From Acidimicrobiia bacterium (GTDB taxonomy: Bacteria > Actinomycetota > Acidimicrobiia > Acidimicrobiales > JANYDT01), in the NCBI GenBank assembly GCA_031423635.1, contig JANPFX010000011.1, positions 2,430 through 66,429 on the forward strand: a stretch of 64,000 nucleotides of DNA, written 5' to 3'. How positions within the stretch are numbered: the first letter of the stretch is position 1; the number at the start of each line of letters is the position of its first letter. Both the position numbers and the translations under genes were made by a program. Of the stretch, positions 1 to 9,885 are shown piece after piece. The notes under the pieces are model-generated. The model was not told the origin of the DNA and made no database searches. It saw only the letters and a program-made list of their open reading frames with translations.

Positions 1-143
1 ATCTGGGTCAGCGAGCAGATCGGCTTTTTGAGTCCCTGCCGCGCGGCGAGGACACCGGCGTAGAGGGTGGTGGCGACGGCGCCCATGCCCGGGGTGAGGA
101 TGCCGAGCCGGCCGGTGGCGGGAGCGATGGTTGCGGGAGTCAT
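1..143 (-). CDS. inositol-3-phosphate synthase-like protein, N-terminal fragment (gene continues past window start)
   Basis: The reverse-strand ATG at 143 gives MTPATIAPATGRLGILTPGMGAVATTLYAGVLAARQGLKKPICSLTQ. The G-x-G-A-V-x-T-T ... KGL-x-KPI-x-S-x-TQ pattern resembles the NAD-binding N-terminus of bacterial myo-inositol-1-phosphate synthase family proteins. Only 47 codons are visible. Confidence 0.45.
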   Translation of the reverse strand, partial: MTPATIAPATGRLGILTPGMGAVATTLYAGVLAARQGLKKPICSLTQ

Positions 144-218
144 GACGGACAGCCTTGACCAAAGGATTTACTCAGGCAAACGAGCAAACCATAAGTAGTT
201 CTTTGGGAGACTGCTACG

Positions 219-1130
219 GTGCGCGAGCTCCCCAACCTTTCGGTCCACCAACTGTTGTACGTGCGCGAGGCCGCCCAGGCAGCCACCTGGTCGGACGCAG
301 CCCGCCGTCTCGGGGTCACCCAGCCGGCCCTCTCCCAGGGCGTCGCCGAGGTCGAGCGGCGGCTCGGCGTCCGCCTGTTCGACCGACGGTCCCGCCTTCG
401 GACACCGACGCCGGAACTGCGCGAAGTGCTCACGGTTGCCGAGCAGATCCTGAGCGGCATCGGTGATCTCGACCGACGCCTGCACGAGTTGCAGTCCGGC
501 GAGCGCGGCACGGTGCGCCTCGGAATGATCGACACGGCGGCGCTCGGCTCGCTCGCACCGGCCGTCGCCGCCTTTCGCGCCAGGTTTCCCGAGGTCCACG
601 TGACCATCGTCGTCGAAGCCTCGATGTCGCTCTCGGAGCGGGTGGCGGCCGGCGAACTCGACCTCGCCGTGGTCGTCGGGCCGAATCCGGTCACCGCCCG
701 ACTCGGCCGGCGGCTCGAGATGACGTCGCTGTTCGACGAAGGCATCTACGTGTACCCTGCCGTCGATGCGACCGGAAAATCCCCCAAGCGAGTGCCACCG
801 TCGCGCTGGGGTCCGTGGGTTGCGTACCCGAGCGGATCGCAGAGCCGTGAGCTGATCGTCTCCGCCCTCGCCCGGCGGGGCGTGTCGATGGACGTCGTGG
901 CCGAATCCTCGAATCCCGACGTACTCCGACAGATGGTCCGCCTCGGCGTCGGTTGGTGCGCGCTCCCCGAGGACGTCGCCGAGACGGGGGCAAGTCCGCT
1001 GACCCGCCTCCCCGGCGCAGCACTGACCGAACGCGGGATCGTGGCCATCCGTCGGGCTGACGCGCTGCCCAACGCCGGCGCCGAGCGGCTGTTCGAGGAC
1101 CTCCGGACGGCACGCCTGGCGGCAGTCTGA
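219..1130 (+). CDS. LysR family transcriptional regulator
   Basis: GTG start. The N-terminal wHTH HQLLYVREAAQAATWSDAARRLGVTQPALSQGVAEVERRLGVRLFDR is typical of LysR regulators. Length is about 300 aa, and the gene is divergent from the gene at 1-143. Confidence 0.9.
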   Translation: MRELPNLSVHQLLYVREAAQAATWSDAARRLGVTQPALSQGVAEVERRLGVRLFDRRSRLRTPTPELREVLTVAEQILSGIGDLDRRLHELQSGERGTVRLGMIDTAALGSLAPAVAAFRARFPEVHVTIVVEASMSLSERVAAGELDLAVVVGPNPVTARLGRRLEMTSLFDEGIYVYPAVDATGKSPKRVPPSRWGPWVAYPSGSQSRELIVSALARRGVSMDVVAESSNPDVLRQMVRLGVGWCALPEDVAETGASPLTRLPGAALTERGIVAIRRADALPNAGAERLFEDLRTARLAAV

Positions 1131-1271
1131 CCAACGTTCGGGCCGCCGGAGCACGTCGAACGCGCCGGCCGGCGATGGTCGCGACGGCAACCGAGTGAGC
1201 GAACGGCCTCAACTCCGAGGCCCGCCGCGCCGAAACACGGGGACCAGAAGTTTGTCGAAAGGCCCCTCCCC

Positions 1272-4200
1272 GTGGCGCAGTCCCTCTCTCCCCGCACTCC
1301 CAACGCGTCCACTCGGACCCTGAGGCCGCTTCTGCGGGTCAGTGTCCGGATCGGCGCGTCGATCGCGCTCTTCACACCGCTGCTCGTCGCCCCGTTCCTC
1401 GGCGGATCGACCTCGGCGACGGCGGCACCCTCACCGATCACGGGGGTGATCTTCAACGATCAGGACGGCAACGGGACTCAGGGTGTGGGCGAGCCCGGGA
1501 TCGGCGGCGTGACCATCGTGGCATACGACGCCACCGGGGCGAGCGTCGGCAGCGACACCTCATCGGCGACGGCGACGGTTGGTGCGTTCTCGATCTCGGG
1601 GACCGACAACACGACGCAATACCGGGTCGAGGTCACCAAGCCCGCCGGGTACGAAGTGGGGCCCAAGGGCACGCCGCTCACGTCGTTCGCCAACGGCGGA
1701 GCGGCCGTGAACGTCGGGCTGTTCGACCCCTCCGCCTGGTGTCAGTCGAACCCGGCGGCGGCGACGTCGTGCTTCAAGAACGGTGACAGCGATGACGGAA
1801 CCGTGGCGCCCGAATCAGGGCTGGTCACGTTCCCGACCAACGTCAGCGGGTCGCCGACCCAGACCAACCGGGGCACGCTCGGTCAGATCGGCTCGGTGTG
1901 GGGTCTCGCCCGCAAGCCCAGCAACGGGACGATCTATGCGGCGGCCTACGTCAAGCGCCACGCCGGACTGACGTCCGCCGGTGCCGGCGCGATCTACGCA
2001 TCGCCGGCCGCGGGTTCGCCGACGCTGCTGGCGACCATCCCGAACGTCGGCTTCACGGCTACGAACGCCGCTCGCGGCCTCGGCCTGCTCGCCTCGCCGA
2101 GCCAGGATGACCAGGCATTCAGCGTCGTCGGCACGCAGGGCCTCGGCGGGATGGACCTATCGGGCGACGAGTCGACCCTCTACGTCGTGAATCTCAACGA
2201 CCGCTCTGTCTATCCGGTCTCGACGTCGAGCGGCACGGTCGGTTCCCCCGTTGCGATTCCGACGTCGTCGTGCGCAGCGGGCAACGCTCGGCCGTTCGGC
2301 CTTGTGTGGCGCGCCGGCAATGTGTACGTCGGTGTCGTGTGCGACGCCGCGTCTGGAACAGCGGCAAACCTCAGCGCACGCATCGAGGTGTACGACGGCT
2401 CATCGTGGTCGACGGCGCTCTCCTTCCCGCTCGATTTCGTCAAAGGCTGCGCCGTCACGTGGACCTCGGCCCCGGCGACCTGCGCCTGGCACCCGTGGTC
2501 GGACGCGCTGACCCCCTTCGCCGGCACCAGTTACTCCGAACCCCAACCGATGCTGACCGGTCTCGACTTCGACAACCAGGGTTCGTTGATCATGGGATTC
2601 CGTGACCGGAACGGCGATCGTTTCGGGCGTTCCAACCTGAGTCCGTCGAGCTTCGGACCGTCGACGAACGTCGAGTACCAAACCGGCGGCGACATCCTGC
2701 GGGCACGCTCGAACGGCGACACCACGTTCACCCTCGAATCCAACGCCGACGATGGTCTCAGCCCGGCCACCGCCGGAGCGAACACGTCCTCCGGCCCCGG
2801 AGGCGGTGAGTTCTACTTCGACGAGTCGTACCCCTCCGTTCACGAGGAAACAGCGACCGGCGCCGTTGCCTCCTTCGGGGCATCCGTCCTTGCGTCGGTC
2901 TACGACCCGGCCGACGGTGCCCGGACGACCTACACCGGTGGCGTGGAGACGTACTCCAACACCACCGGCGCCCGCTTGAACGGCGCACTCCTGTACGACG
3001 CCACTCCGGGGAACGGCACGTTCGGCAAGGCCAGCGGCCTTGGCGATCTCGAGCTGCTCTGCAACGCCGCACCCATCGAGATCGGCGATCGCGTGTGGCT
3101 CGACACCGACGCAGACGGTGTGCAGGATCCGGGAGAAACCCCTCTGGCCGGCATCAGCGTGGAACTGCGTTCGGGGGCAACCGTCGTCGACACCGCCGTG
3201 ACCGATGCCCAGGGCTACTACCTGTTCAGCAACGCAACCGGCACGTCGACATCGTCACGCCGCTACGGGCTCACGGCGATGACGGCATACGGAACGTTCA
3301 CCGTGGTGGTGCCGATGACGCAGACAACGATCACCACGAACGGCTACCTGCTGACCACGGCGAACGTGTCGTCGTCGCCGACCGGGGGCACCGACGAGCG
3401 TGACTCGGACGCCACGCTCGATGTCGCCGGCGACGCGCGGATCAGCGTGAGCACGGGGGCACCCGGCCAGAACAACCACTCCTACGACGTCGGATTCGTC
3501 AGCCCGCCCCCACCTACCACCACGACGAGCACGACAACCACGACAACGACAACCACCACGACAACCACCACGACCAGCACCACGACAACCACCACGACAC
3601 CACCAACCACCACCACAGCACCGACGACCACGACCACGACCCCGTCGAGCACAACGATCGCGTCGACGACGACGACCACTGCATCCTCGACTACCACCAC
3701 CACTCGCTCGTTCACAACCACCCCCCCGTCGAGCACAACCACCACTACGATCCCCGACACCACGACCACGATCCCCGACACGACCACCACGTCGAGCTCG
3801 CTCCCGCCGCCGACCGTCGTGGCGCCATCGACCACCACCACGCCCGTCACGACGACGACTCCCGTCACCACCACAACGGCCACCACGACGACCGTGGGGC
3901 CGACGACAGTCGCGCCGACGACCACCACGATTCCGTGCGTGTCGATTGGCGACGATGTCTACGCCGACCGGAACCGCAACGGCATACGTGACGACCGCGA
4001 GCGGGGCATCCCGAACGCAACCGTGACGGTCACGCTCGCCGACGGCCGCACGATCACCGCCATCACCGACGCGAACGGGAAGTACGGGGTCGCCTGCGTC
4101 CCACCCGGCACGGTGTCCGTGAAGGTGAGCGGCGTCGATCCGCTCGCCAAGCCCACGACCCCCACCGTGCTCGATCCGTTCAGCCTGCAGGTGAGCCGAC

Positions 4201-4397
4201 TCGACGCCGACTTCGGGTTCGACATGTCCTCCGTGCTCGGGTTCGACATCGAGGCGGCTCCGGCGGTCGCGTTCACCGGCAGCAACTCGCACCGCGAGGT
4301 GCAGACCGCCAGCTGGATGCTCTCGGCCGGCGGCGCCCTGGTCCTCGTCGCCACGCGGCGACGGAGGGCCCCGAAATCGGCGAAAGCCGGTTCATGA
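1272..4397 (+). CDS. large secreted cell-surface protein with two SdrD/Cna B-type domains, a Thr/Pro-rich linker and a C-terminal sortase-type anchor
   Basis: It has an N-terminal signal peptide (RIGASIALFTPLLVAPFLGGSTSATAAP). B-type repeats are GDRVWLDTDADGVQDPGETPLAGISVELRSG...DAQGYYLF and GDDVYADRNRNGIRDDRERGIPNATVTVTLADGRTITAITDANGKYGV. The C-terminus is VAFTGSN followed by a hydrophobic segment and RRRRAPK. The start codon is uncertain. Confidence 0.8.
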   Translation: MAQSLSPRTPNASTRTLRPLLRVSVRIGASIALFTPLLVAPFLGGSTSATAAPSPITGVIFNDQDGNGTQGVGEPGIGGVTIVAYDATGASVGSDTSSATATVGAFSISGTDNTTQYRVEVTKPAGYEVGPKGTPLTSFANGGAAVNVGLFDPSAWCQSNPAAATSCFKNGDSDDGTVAPESGLVTFPTNVSGSPTQTNRGTLGQIGSVWGLARKPSNGTIYAAAYVKRHAGLTSAGAGAIYASPAAGSPTLLATIPNVGFTATNAARGLGLLASPSQDDQAFSVVGTQGLGGMDLSGDESTLYVVNLNDRSVYPVSTSSGTVGSPVAIPTSSCAAGNARPFGLVWRAGNVYVGVVCDAASGTAANLSARIEVYDGSSWSTALSFPLDFVKGCAVTWTSAPATCAWHPWSDALTPFAGTSYSEPQPMLTGLDFDNQGSLIMGFRDRNGDRFGRSNLSPSSFGPSTNVEYQTGGDILRARSNGDTTFTLESNADDGLSPATAGANTSSGPGGGEFYFDESYPSVHEETATGAVASFGASVLASVYDPADGARTTYTGGVETYSNTTGARLNGALLYDATPGNGTFGKASGLGDLELLCNAAPIEIGDRVWLDTDADGVQDPGETPLAGISVELRSGATVVDTAVTDAQGYYLFSNATGTSTSSRRYGLTAMTAYGTFTVVVPMTQTTITTNGYLLTTANVSSSPTGGTDERDSDATLDVAGDARISVSTGAPGQNNHSYDVGFVSPPPPTTTTSTTTTTTTTTTTTTTTSTTTTTTTPPTTTTAPTTTTTTPSSTTIASTTTTTASSTTTTTRSFTTTPPSSTTTTTIPDTTTTIPDTTTTSSSLPPPTVVAPSTTTTPVTTTTPVTTTTATTTTVGPTTVAPTTTTIPCVSIGDDVYADRNRNGIRDDRERGIPNATVTVTLADGRTITAITDANGKYGVACVPPGTVSVKVSGVDPLAKPTTPTVLDPFSLQVSRLDADFGFDMSSVLGFDIEAAPAVAFTGSNSHREVQTASWMLSAGGALVLVATRRRRAPKSAKAGS
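3505..3930 (+). repeat. low-complexity ACC/ACG/ACA (Thr) codon tract with short internal direct repeats, coding (linker of the surface protein)
   Basis: It translates to about 140 aa of TTTTSTTTTTTTTTTTTTTTSTTTTTTTPPTTTTAPTTTTTTPSS..., including TIPDTTTTIPDTTTT and TTTPVTTTTPVTTTT duplications. Confidence 0.9.
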
Positions 4398-5203
4398 CCG
4401 CAGTTTCCGTGCAGGGCGTCGCAAAGGCCTTCGGGTCGCGCTCCGCCCTGTCCGACGTGACCTTCGACGTCCCCCGAGGGGTGTTCTTCGGTCTTGTCGG
4501 TCCGAACGGTGCCGGGAAGACGACGCTGCTTCGCGCCATCACCGGCATCGCCGCGCCGGACACGGGGACCATCGGGATCCTCGGCCGGAGCGTCTGGCCG
4601 GACCCGGCGGCAATCCGTCCGATCACGGGTTCACTCCCGGATGACCTTCGGCTCCTCGAACGGCTGTCGGGACGCGAACTGCTCGGATACTGCGGTCTGA
4701 TACGCAAGATCCCACCGGCAGAAGTGCAACGGCGGGCCGAACACCTTCTGGAGATCCTCGGCTTCGCCGCGAACGCCGACGAACTGGTGGCGGACTACTC
4801 CACCGGAATGCGCAAGAAAATCGGACTCGCCGCCGCCATGATGCACGCGCCGGGCGTGCTGATCCTCGACGAGCCTTTCGAATCGGTCGACCCGATCTCC
4901 GTTCGTTCCCTGCTCGATGTTCTGCGAACGTATCAACGGGCCGGGGGAACGGTCGTCCTCTCGAGCCATGTGATGGACACGGTGGAGAAGCTCTGCTCCC
5001 ACGTCGCGATCCTCCATCACGGCGAAGTGCTGGCGGCGGGCGACATCGACTTCGTCACTACCGGGATGCGACTCGAGGACCGTTTCATCGAAGCCGTTGG
5101 AGGCGTCCGCCCCGATGACGACCTCGCGTGGCTGCTCACCGTCGGGTCCTCCGACTCCGACGCCCGAACGACAATCGGTCTCACCGAGGCGCGGCGTCGG
5201 TGA
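4394..5203 (+). CDS. ABC transporter ATP-binding protein
   Basis: Walker A GPNGAGKTT, signature YSTGMRKK and Walker B VLILDEP are present. Its ATG overlaps the stop of the surface-protein gene (ATGA). Confidence 0.9.
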   Translation: MTAVSVQGVAKAFGSRSALSDVTFDVPRGVFFGLVGPNGAGKTTLLRAITGIAAPDTGTIGILGRSVWPDPAAIRPITGSLPDDLRLLERLSGRELLGYCGLIRKIPPAEVQRRAEHLLEILGFAANADELVADYSTGMRKKIGLAAAMMHAPGVLILDEPFESVDPISVRSLLDVLRTYQRAGGTVVLSSHVMDTVEKLCSHVAILHHGEVLAAGDIDFVTTGMRLEDRFIEAVGGVRPDDDLAWLLTVGSSDSDARTTIGLTEARRR

Positions 5204-6828
5204 GCACGGCCCGCCTCCTCGTGAGCCTCAAGCTCACCCTGCTCCGCAACGCCATGTTCACTTCGCGTTGGAAAACCGCCGGGTCGATTGCCTTCCTCGC
5301 CGCATCACTCGGCGGATCGATCTACACCGCGGCGAACTTGGCGAGGTCGATTCGAGCGGTACCGGCGCAGGCCAATGCGACGTCACCATCGCTCGGCAAC
5401 GTCGTAGTCACCACGACCATCCTGTTCGCCATCTGGGTCTTCGGCCCTCTGCTCGTCGGTGGCGTCGACGAGTCTCTCGACCCGACCCGACTCGCCTTGC
5501 TCCCGCTCACCCCTCGGGAGATGCGTCGTGGCCTCGTGGCCGGATCACTCATCGGCACGCTTCCGGTGGGCACGGTCATTGCTCTTTCCGGGATGATCAT
5601 TGGCCAGCCTGCCCGCCCCCTCCAGCTCGTCTGTGCACTTCTCATTGCCCTGACTCTGCTCCTGCTGTGCCTCGGCGCCTCACGGGCACTCGCCGTTGCG
5701 CTCGCCTATGCGAGCCGTTCACGACGCGGCAAGGACCTGGCCATGCTGCTGGCGTCGCTCGGGGCGGCGGCGCTGTTCCTCGGCACGCAGGCGGTGCGCT
5801 TCTTCGACGACTCGACGCGCAATCACATCATCCGCTGGCTGAGGATTCTCCCATCGGGGCAGCTCGGCGTCGCCGTCGCCGAACTGCAGACGGGCCGGGT
5901 CGACCTCGCGCTGCTCCGGACGCTCCCCTGGCTCGCCGCGGCCATCGTGCTGATCCGCCTGTGGCTCTCCGGTCTCGACCGACTGCTCGTCGATGGCGAG
6001 CGAGTGGTGCACGTTCGCGCTTCGGGTGACCGATCCCCGCTGGCGCTCGTTCCCCGCTCCCTTCGCCGCTGGGCGACGAGCCCCGCTGTGGTGATGGCCT
6101 CCAAGGATCTGCGGTACCTCGCCCGATCACCGCAACGGCGCTCGTCGCTGATCGTCACCGTCGTCATCGGCACCGTGTTCGCCCTGCTGCAGTCGATGCG
6201 GTACGCCGGCGGGACCGAGCTTGCCGTGCTCGGCGCGCCGATCGCGGTGCTCTTCGGCGTTCACGCCACCAACAACCTGCTCGGCACCGACGCGGCATCG
6301 CTCTGGATCGATCAGGGTGCCGGCATCACCCTCCGCCAACAACTCGTCGCCCGTGGTGTGGCAGCCACGCCGAACCTCATCGTCCCGACCATTCTCGCCG
6401 CCGGCGTGCTGGCGATCCTCAACGGCGGCACGCGCGCGTTCTTCCTCATCGTGGTGCTCTCGCTGACCTGCTGGGGCCTGCCACTCGGCATCGGTTCCGT
6501 GGTCTCGGTCATCGCGCCGTTCAGCCAACCGGACGTCGGCAACCCCCATGCCAATCGCCGCGCCTCGGCGGGACGCGGCGGACTTGTCAGCGTGATGGCC
6601 GTGGTCGGCATCTGCTCACTCGGCCTGTCTGCACTGCCGGTGATGGCCGTCGTTGGCATCGCCTGGTCCACCCCGTCGATGCCGATGCTGATGGTTCTGG
6701 CGATCGTCCTCTCGACCCTGTGGTCACTCGTCGTCTGGCGGGCCAGACTCTGGCTCGGCCTTCGCGTCGTCCGCGGACGGGAGTTCGACCTTCTCGCCGA
6801 CCTCGGCGGCCGGCGAGCGCTCAGCTAG
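5200..6828 (+). CDS. polytopic ABC exporter permease (putative ABC-exporter family, ~12 TM)
   Basis: The GTG at 5200 overlaps the ATPase stop (GTGA). The protein is long and hydrophobic with many predicted TM helices. The N-terminus VSTARLLVSLKLTLLRNAMF resembles ABC-2 / putative ABC exporter permeases. The track ORF start at 5128 lies inside the ATPase gene. Confidence 0.7.
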   Translation: MSTARLLVSLKLTLLRNAMFTSRWKTAGSIAFLAASLGGSIYTAANLARSIRAVPAQANATSPSLGNVVVTTTILFAIWVFGPLLVGGVDESLDPTRLALLPLTPREMRRGLVAGSLIGTLPVGTVIALSGMIIGQPARPLQLVCALLIALTLLLLCLGASRALAVALAYASRSRRGKDLAMLLASLGAAALFLGTQAVRFFDDSTRNHIIRWLRILPSGQLGVAVAELQTGRVDLALLRTLPWLAAAIVLIRLWLSGLDRLLVDGERVVHVRASGDRSPLALVPRSLRRWATSPAVVMASKDLRYLARSPQRRSSLIVTVVIGTVFALLQSMRYAGGTELAVLGAPIAVLFGVHATNNLLGTDAASLWIDQGAGITLRQQLVARGVAATPNLIVPTILAAGVLAILNGGTRAFFLIVVLSLTCWGLPLGIGSVVSVIAPFSQPDVGNPHANRRASAGRGGLVSVMAVVGICSLGLSALPVMAVVGIAWSTPSMPMLMVLAIVLSTLWSLVVWRARLWLGLRVVRGREFDLLADLGGRRALS

Positions 6829-6839
6829 TGCTCTGTGCG

Positions 6840-8321
6840 TCAGCGCACTCGGACGAGTCGCAGGACGTCGGTGATCGCTTCACCGGTATCGGGCGCGCCG
6901 GCGAGCACGGCAACGACATCGCCCTGTTGCACGATGCCGGCCTTCTCGGAGGACTCGACCGCGAACCATACGATCTCATCGATCGTGTTCCGCTCTTCCA
7001 CAATCAGGCACTGCACACCCCAGGAGAGCAACAGCTGCCGTGATGTGCGCAACGACGGGGTGATCGCCACGAGGAGCGTCCGGGGCCGGAACCGGCCGAG
7101 CGACCGGGCCGTCATGCCGCTACGCGTGCAGCAGAGGATGGCGGCCACGTGCGCATCGTCGGCGGCCTGCCACGCGGCATGTGACATGGCATCGGTGATC
7201 GTGATCGCCCCCTCGGCGCGTCCCCGGCGCTGCAGTCGGCCGAGGCGAGCGCCCCACTGCGCATAGTTGGCCGATTCCTCGGCACGCTTCGCGATCCGCC
7301 GCATGGTCCGCACCACGTGCGTCGGATCCCGGCCTATCGCCGTTTCCCCCGAGAGCATCACCGCGTCGGTGCCGTCGAACACGGCGTTCGCAACGTCGGT
7401 GACCTCGGCCCGGGTCGGCTGCGGCGAGGTGATCATCGATTCGAGCATCTGCGTCGCGGTGATCACCGGGACGCCCCGGGCAACACAAAGACGGATGATC
7501 CTGTTCTGCACGTGCGGCACGTCCTCGAACGCGCACTCGATGCCGAGATCCCCACGGGCGACCATCAGCACGTCCGCTGCTTCGACGATCGCGTCGAGGT
7601 CATCGAGGGCGGCCGTCGTCTCGATCTTCGCCACGAGCATCGGACCTGGGCCAAGTGCTGCTCGAGCTCGATCGAGGTCCGACGCCGCACGCACGAACGA
7701 CAGGGCGACAAAGTCGGGCTCGACGGCCTTCAGTCGCTCGATGAGTTCGAAGTCCTGCGCTGTCGGGGTGGTCATGCGCAAACGTGTCGACGGGATGTGG
7801 ACACCCGGGCGTCCCTGTACGAGCCCTCCGGCAATGACGGTCGCAAGTGAACGCGTCCCGTCGCTCTCCGTCACGGTCAAGGTGACGGCACCGTCACCGA
7901 GGGCCACCTTGTCACCCTCCTGCAGCTCCGACACCGATTCATCGTTGACCTCTATGCGGGTGCCCGACGAGCCTTCGCGGCCGTAGGCCAACTCGACCAC
8001 GTCACCCTCGTGGAGACGGACGCCCCCGTCCGGGAACGAGGCGGCGCGGACCTTCGGCCCAGGTAGGTCGCAGAGGATCCCGACAGGAATGCCGACGCGT
8101 TCGGACACTTCACGGATGAGCCGGAACGTCGCCAGGTGAGCGGCGACATCGCCGTGGCTGAGGTTCAGGCGGAACACGTCGACTCCGGCGCTGAGGAGCC
8201 CGGCAATCCCTTCATCCGACGATGACGCCGGTCCGATGGTGGCGACAATCTTCGTCCGCGATCGGCCGACGGCGTCGGCCTCCGGAGAGGAGGCGGCGAG
8301 AGAAGCGAGGACGGTGGTCAT
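6840..8321 (-). CDS. pyk: pyruvate kinase
   Basis: Motifs TKIVATIGPAS, FRLNLSHG and MVARGDLGIE are present. The start was taken at MTTVLASL, whose ATG overlaps the mtr stop (ATGA at 8319-8323). Confidence 0.92.
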   Translation of the reverse strand: MTTVLASLAASSPEADAVGRSRTKIVATIGPASSSDEGIAGLLSAGVDVFRLNLSHGDVAAHLATFRLIREVSERVGIPVGILCDLPGPKVRAASFPDGGVRLHEGDVVELAYGREGSSGTRIEVNDESVSELQEGDKVALGDGAVTLTVTESDGTRSLATVIAGGLVQGRPGVHIPSTRLRMTTPTAQDFELIERLKAVEPDFVALSFVRAASDLDRARAALGPGPMLVAKIETTAALDDLDAIVEAADVLMVARGDLGIECAFEDVPHVQNRIIRLCVARGVPVITATQMLESMITSPQPTRAEVTDVANAVFDGTDAVMLSGETAIGRDPTHVVRTMRRIAKRAEESANYAQWGARLGRLQRRGRAEGAITITDAMSHAAWQAADDAHVAAILCCTRSGMTARSLGRFRPRTLLVAITPSLRTSRQLLLSWGVQCLIVEERNTIDEIVWFAVESSEKAGIVQQGDVVAVLAGAPDTGEAITDVLRLVRVR

Positions 8322-9718
8322 CAGTGGGCCTTGTGCGGAGCCGTGAAATCGAGGCCGAGAAGGGCGTTCTCGATGACTTCGGGCAGAGCAGGGTGGATCC
8401 AATACTGATCCTGAGCCAGCACGTCGGCTGGGATGGCGAAGCGCATCGCAGTGATCAGCTGCTGGATCAGCGTCGACGACTGCGGCCCAACGATATGAGC
8501 ACCTACAAGTTGCTTCGTCGAACGGTCAGCGATGAGCTTGACAAAACTATCTCGGTCCTCCATCGCCCAGCCATAGGCCACGTCGCCGTATGCCTGGATC
8601 TTGCAGACCACGTCGACGCCGGCCGCCTTTGCCTGCGCCTCGGTCATCCCGACGCTGGCGACCTGCGGACGGGTGAACACCGCGGCCGGCACGAAGCGAT
8701 GGTCGGTGCGCTTCGGGCTCTCGGGGTGCAGGATGTTGTGGGCCACGATCCTCGCCTCGTGGTTGGCGACGTGCTTGAGCATGTGGGGCGAACTGATGTC
8801 ACCGAGCGCCCAGATACCGGGAACCACGGTGGCCTGGGTTTCGTCGACGACCACGCGTCCGTCGCGGTGCGTCGTCACACCGGTGGCGCCGACGTCGAGC
8901 ACGTCGCTGTTGGGTGTGCGGCCGGTCGTGATGAGCAGCACGTCGGACTCGATCACGGTGCCTTCGTCGAGGGTCAGCGAGATCACTCCGTCCGAGTCCT
9001 CGGACACCGCAACGGGTTGCCGATTCAGCTGAAGATTCGTACGCTTACGAAAAGCGGCAGTGACGACCTGGGCGACCTCGTGCTCGAAATGGCGAAGGAG
9101 CAGGGCGCTGCGGTGCACGATCGTCACGTCGACTCCGTAGGCAGCGAACACATGGGCGAGTTCGACGGCGATGAACCCACCGCCCACGATCACCATTCGC
9201 TTCGGAAGCGACTCCAGCCGCATCACGGAATCGGACGTGTGGACCGTGACGCCCTCGAGCCCGTCGATCGCCGGCAGCATGGGACGCGCTCCGGCGGCGA
9301 GCACGAACCGCGACCCCGTGACGATGCTCGTCGTACCATCGGCCGCCGTCACCACCAGTTCCTTCATGCCCGAGAACACGCCCCGTCCCTTGAACACCGT
9401 GACGTTGGGGCATCGATGGGTCCGGTAGTCCTCGCCACCGGCGGCGATCGGGTCGATCCGGTCGAACACGCGGTCACGGATGTCCCCCCACCGCACTGCG
9501 TCGACGGTGCCGTCGATGCCCAGGTGCCCGGAGTGGCGGATCGTCTCGGCCGCATCCGCAGCGTGGACGAACATCTTGGTCGGGATGCAGCCCCGGTTCA
9601 GACAGGTGCCGCCGAACACGGCCTCTTCGACGATGGCGATACGCCAGTGGTCGAGGGCAGGCGACACGATCGAGTTCCCGGAACCCGTGCCGACGATGAC
9701 CAGGTCGAAATGATTCAC
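8321..9718 (-). CDS. mtr: mycothione reductase (pyridine nucleotide-disulfide oxidoreductase)
   Basis: MNHFDLVIVGTGSGNSI ... GGTCLNRGCIPTKMF ... VRWGDIRDRVFDRIDPIAAGGEDYR closely parallels mycobacterial Mtr. Confidence 0.85.
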   Translation of the reverse strand: MNHFDLVIVGTGSGNSIVSPALDHWRIAIVEEAVFGGTCLNRGCIPTKMFVHAADAAETIRHSGHLGIDGTVDAVRWGDIRDRVFDRIDPIAAGGEDYRTHRCPNVTVFKGRGVFSGMKELVVTAADGTTSIVTGSRFVLAAGARPMLPAIDGLEGVTVHTSDSVMRLESLPKRMVIVGGGFIAVELAHVFAAYGVDVTIVHRSALLLRHFEHEVAQVVTAAFRKRTNLQLNRQPVAVSEDSDGVISLTLDEGTVIESDVLLITTGRTPNSDVLDVGATGVTTHRDGRVVVDETQATVVPGIWALGDISSPHMLKHVANHEARIVAHNILHPESPKRTDHRFVPAAVFTRPQVASVGMTEAQAKAAGVDVVCKIQAYGDVAYGWAMEDRDSFVKLIADRSTKQLVGAHIVGPQSSTLIQQLITAMRFAIPADVLAQDQYWIHPALPEVIENALLGLDFTAPHKAH

Positions 9719-9750
9719 CCGGACGACCCTAGTGAGCGAACCCCGCGTCC

Positions 9751-9875
9751 TGGGTCAGCTCACGTGCACTGGGTCGGGGTTGGTGCGCTGGGTCGGGATC
9801 TGCGCGCTTTTCATGTGAATCCCGACCCAACGGACGTGAGCCGACCCAACGACACCAGCCGACCCAGTCCGACCG
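9751..9875. repeat. intergenic palindromic repeat, family A copy 1 (GGGTCGG / CCGACCC iterations around a 10-bp stem)
   Basis: The core stem is GGGTCGGGAT (9790-9799) / ATCCCGACCC (9819-9828). There are three TGGGTC(A/G)G motifs to the left and four CCGACC motifs to the right. About 85 nt are near-identical to 10395-10475. Confidence 0.85.
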
Positions 9876-9885
9876 AGGCACGGCG

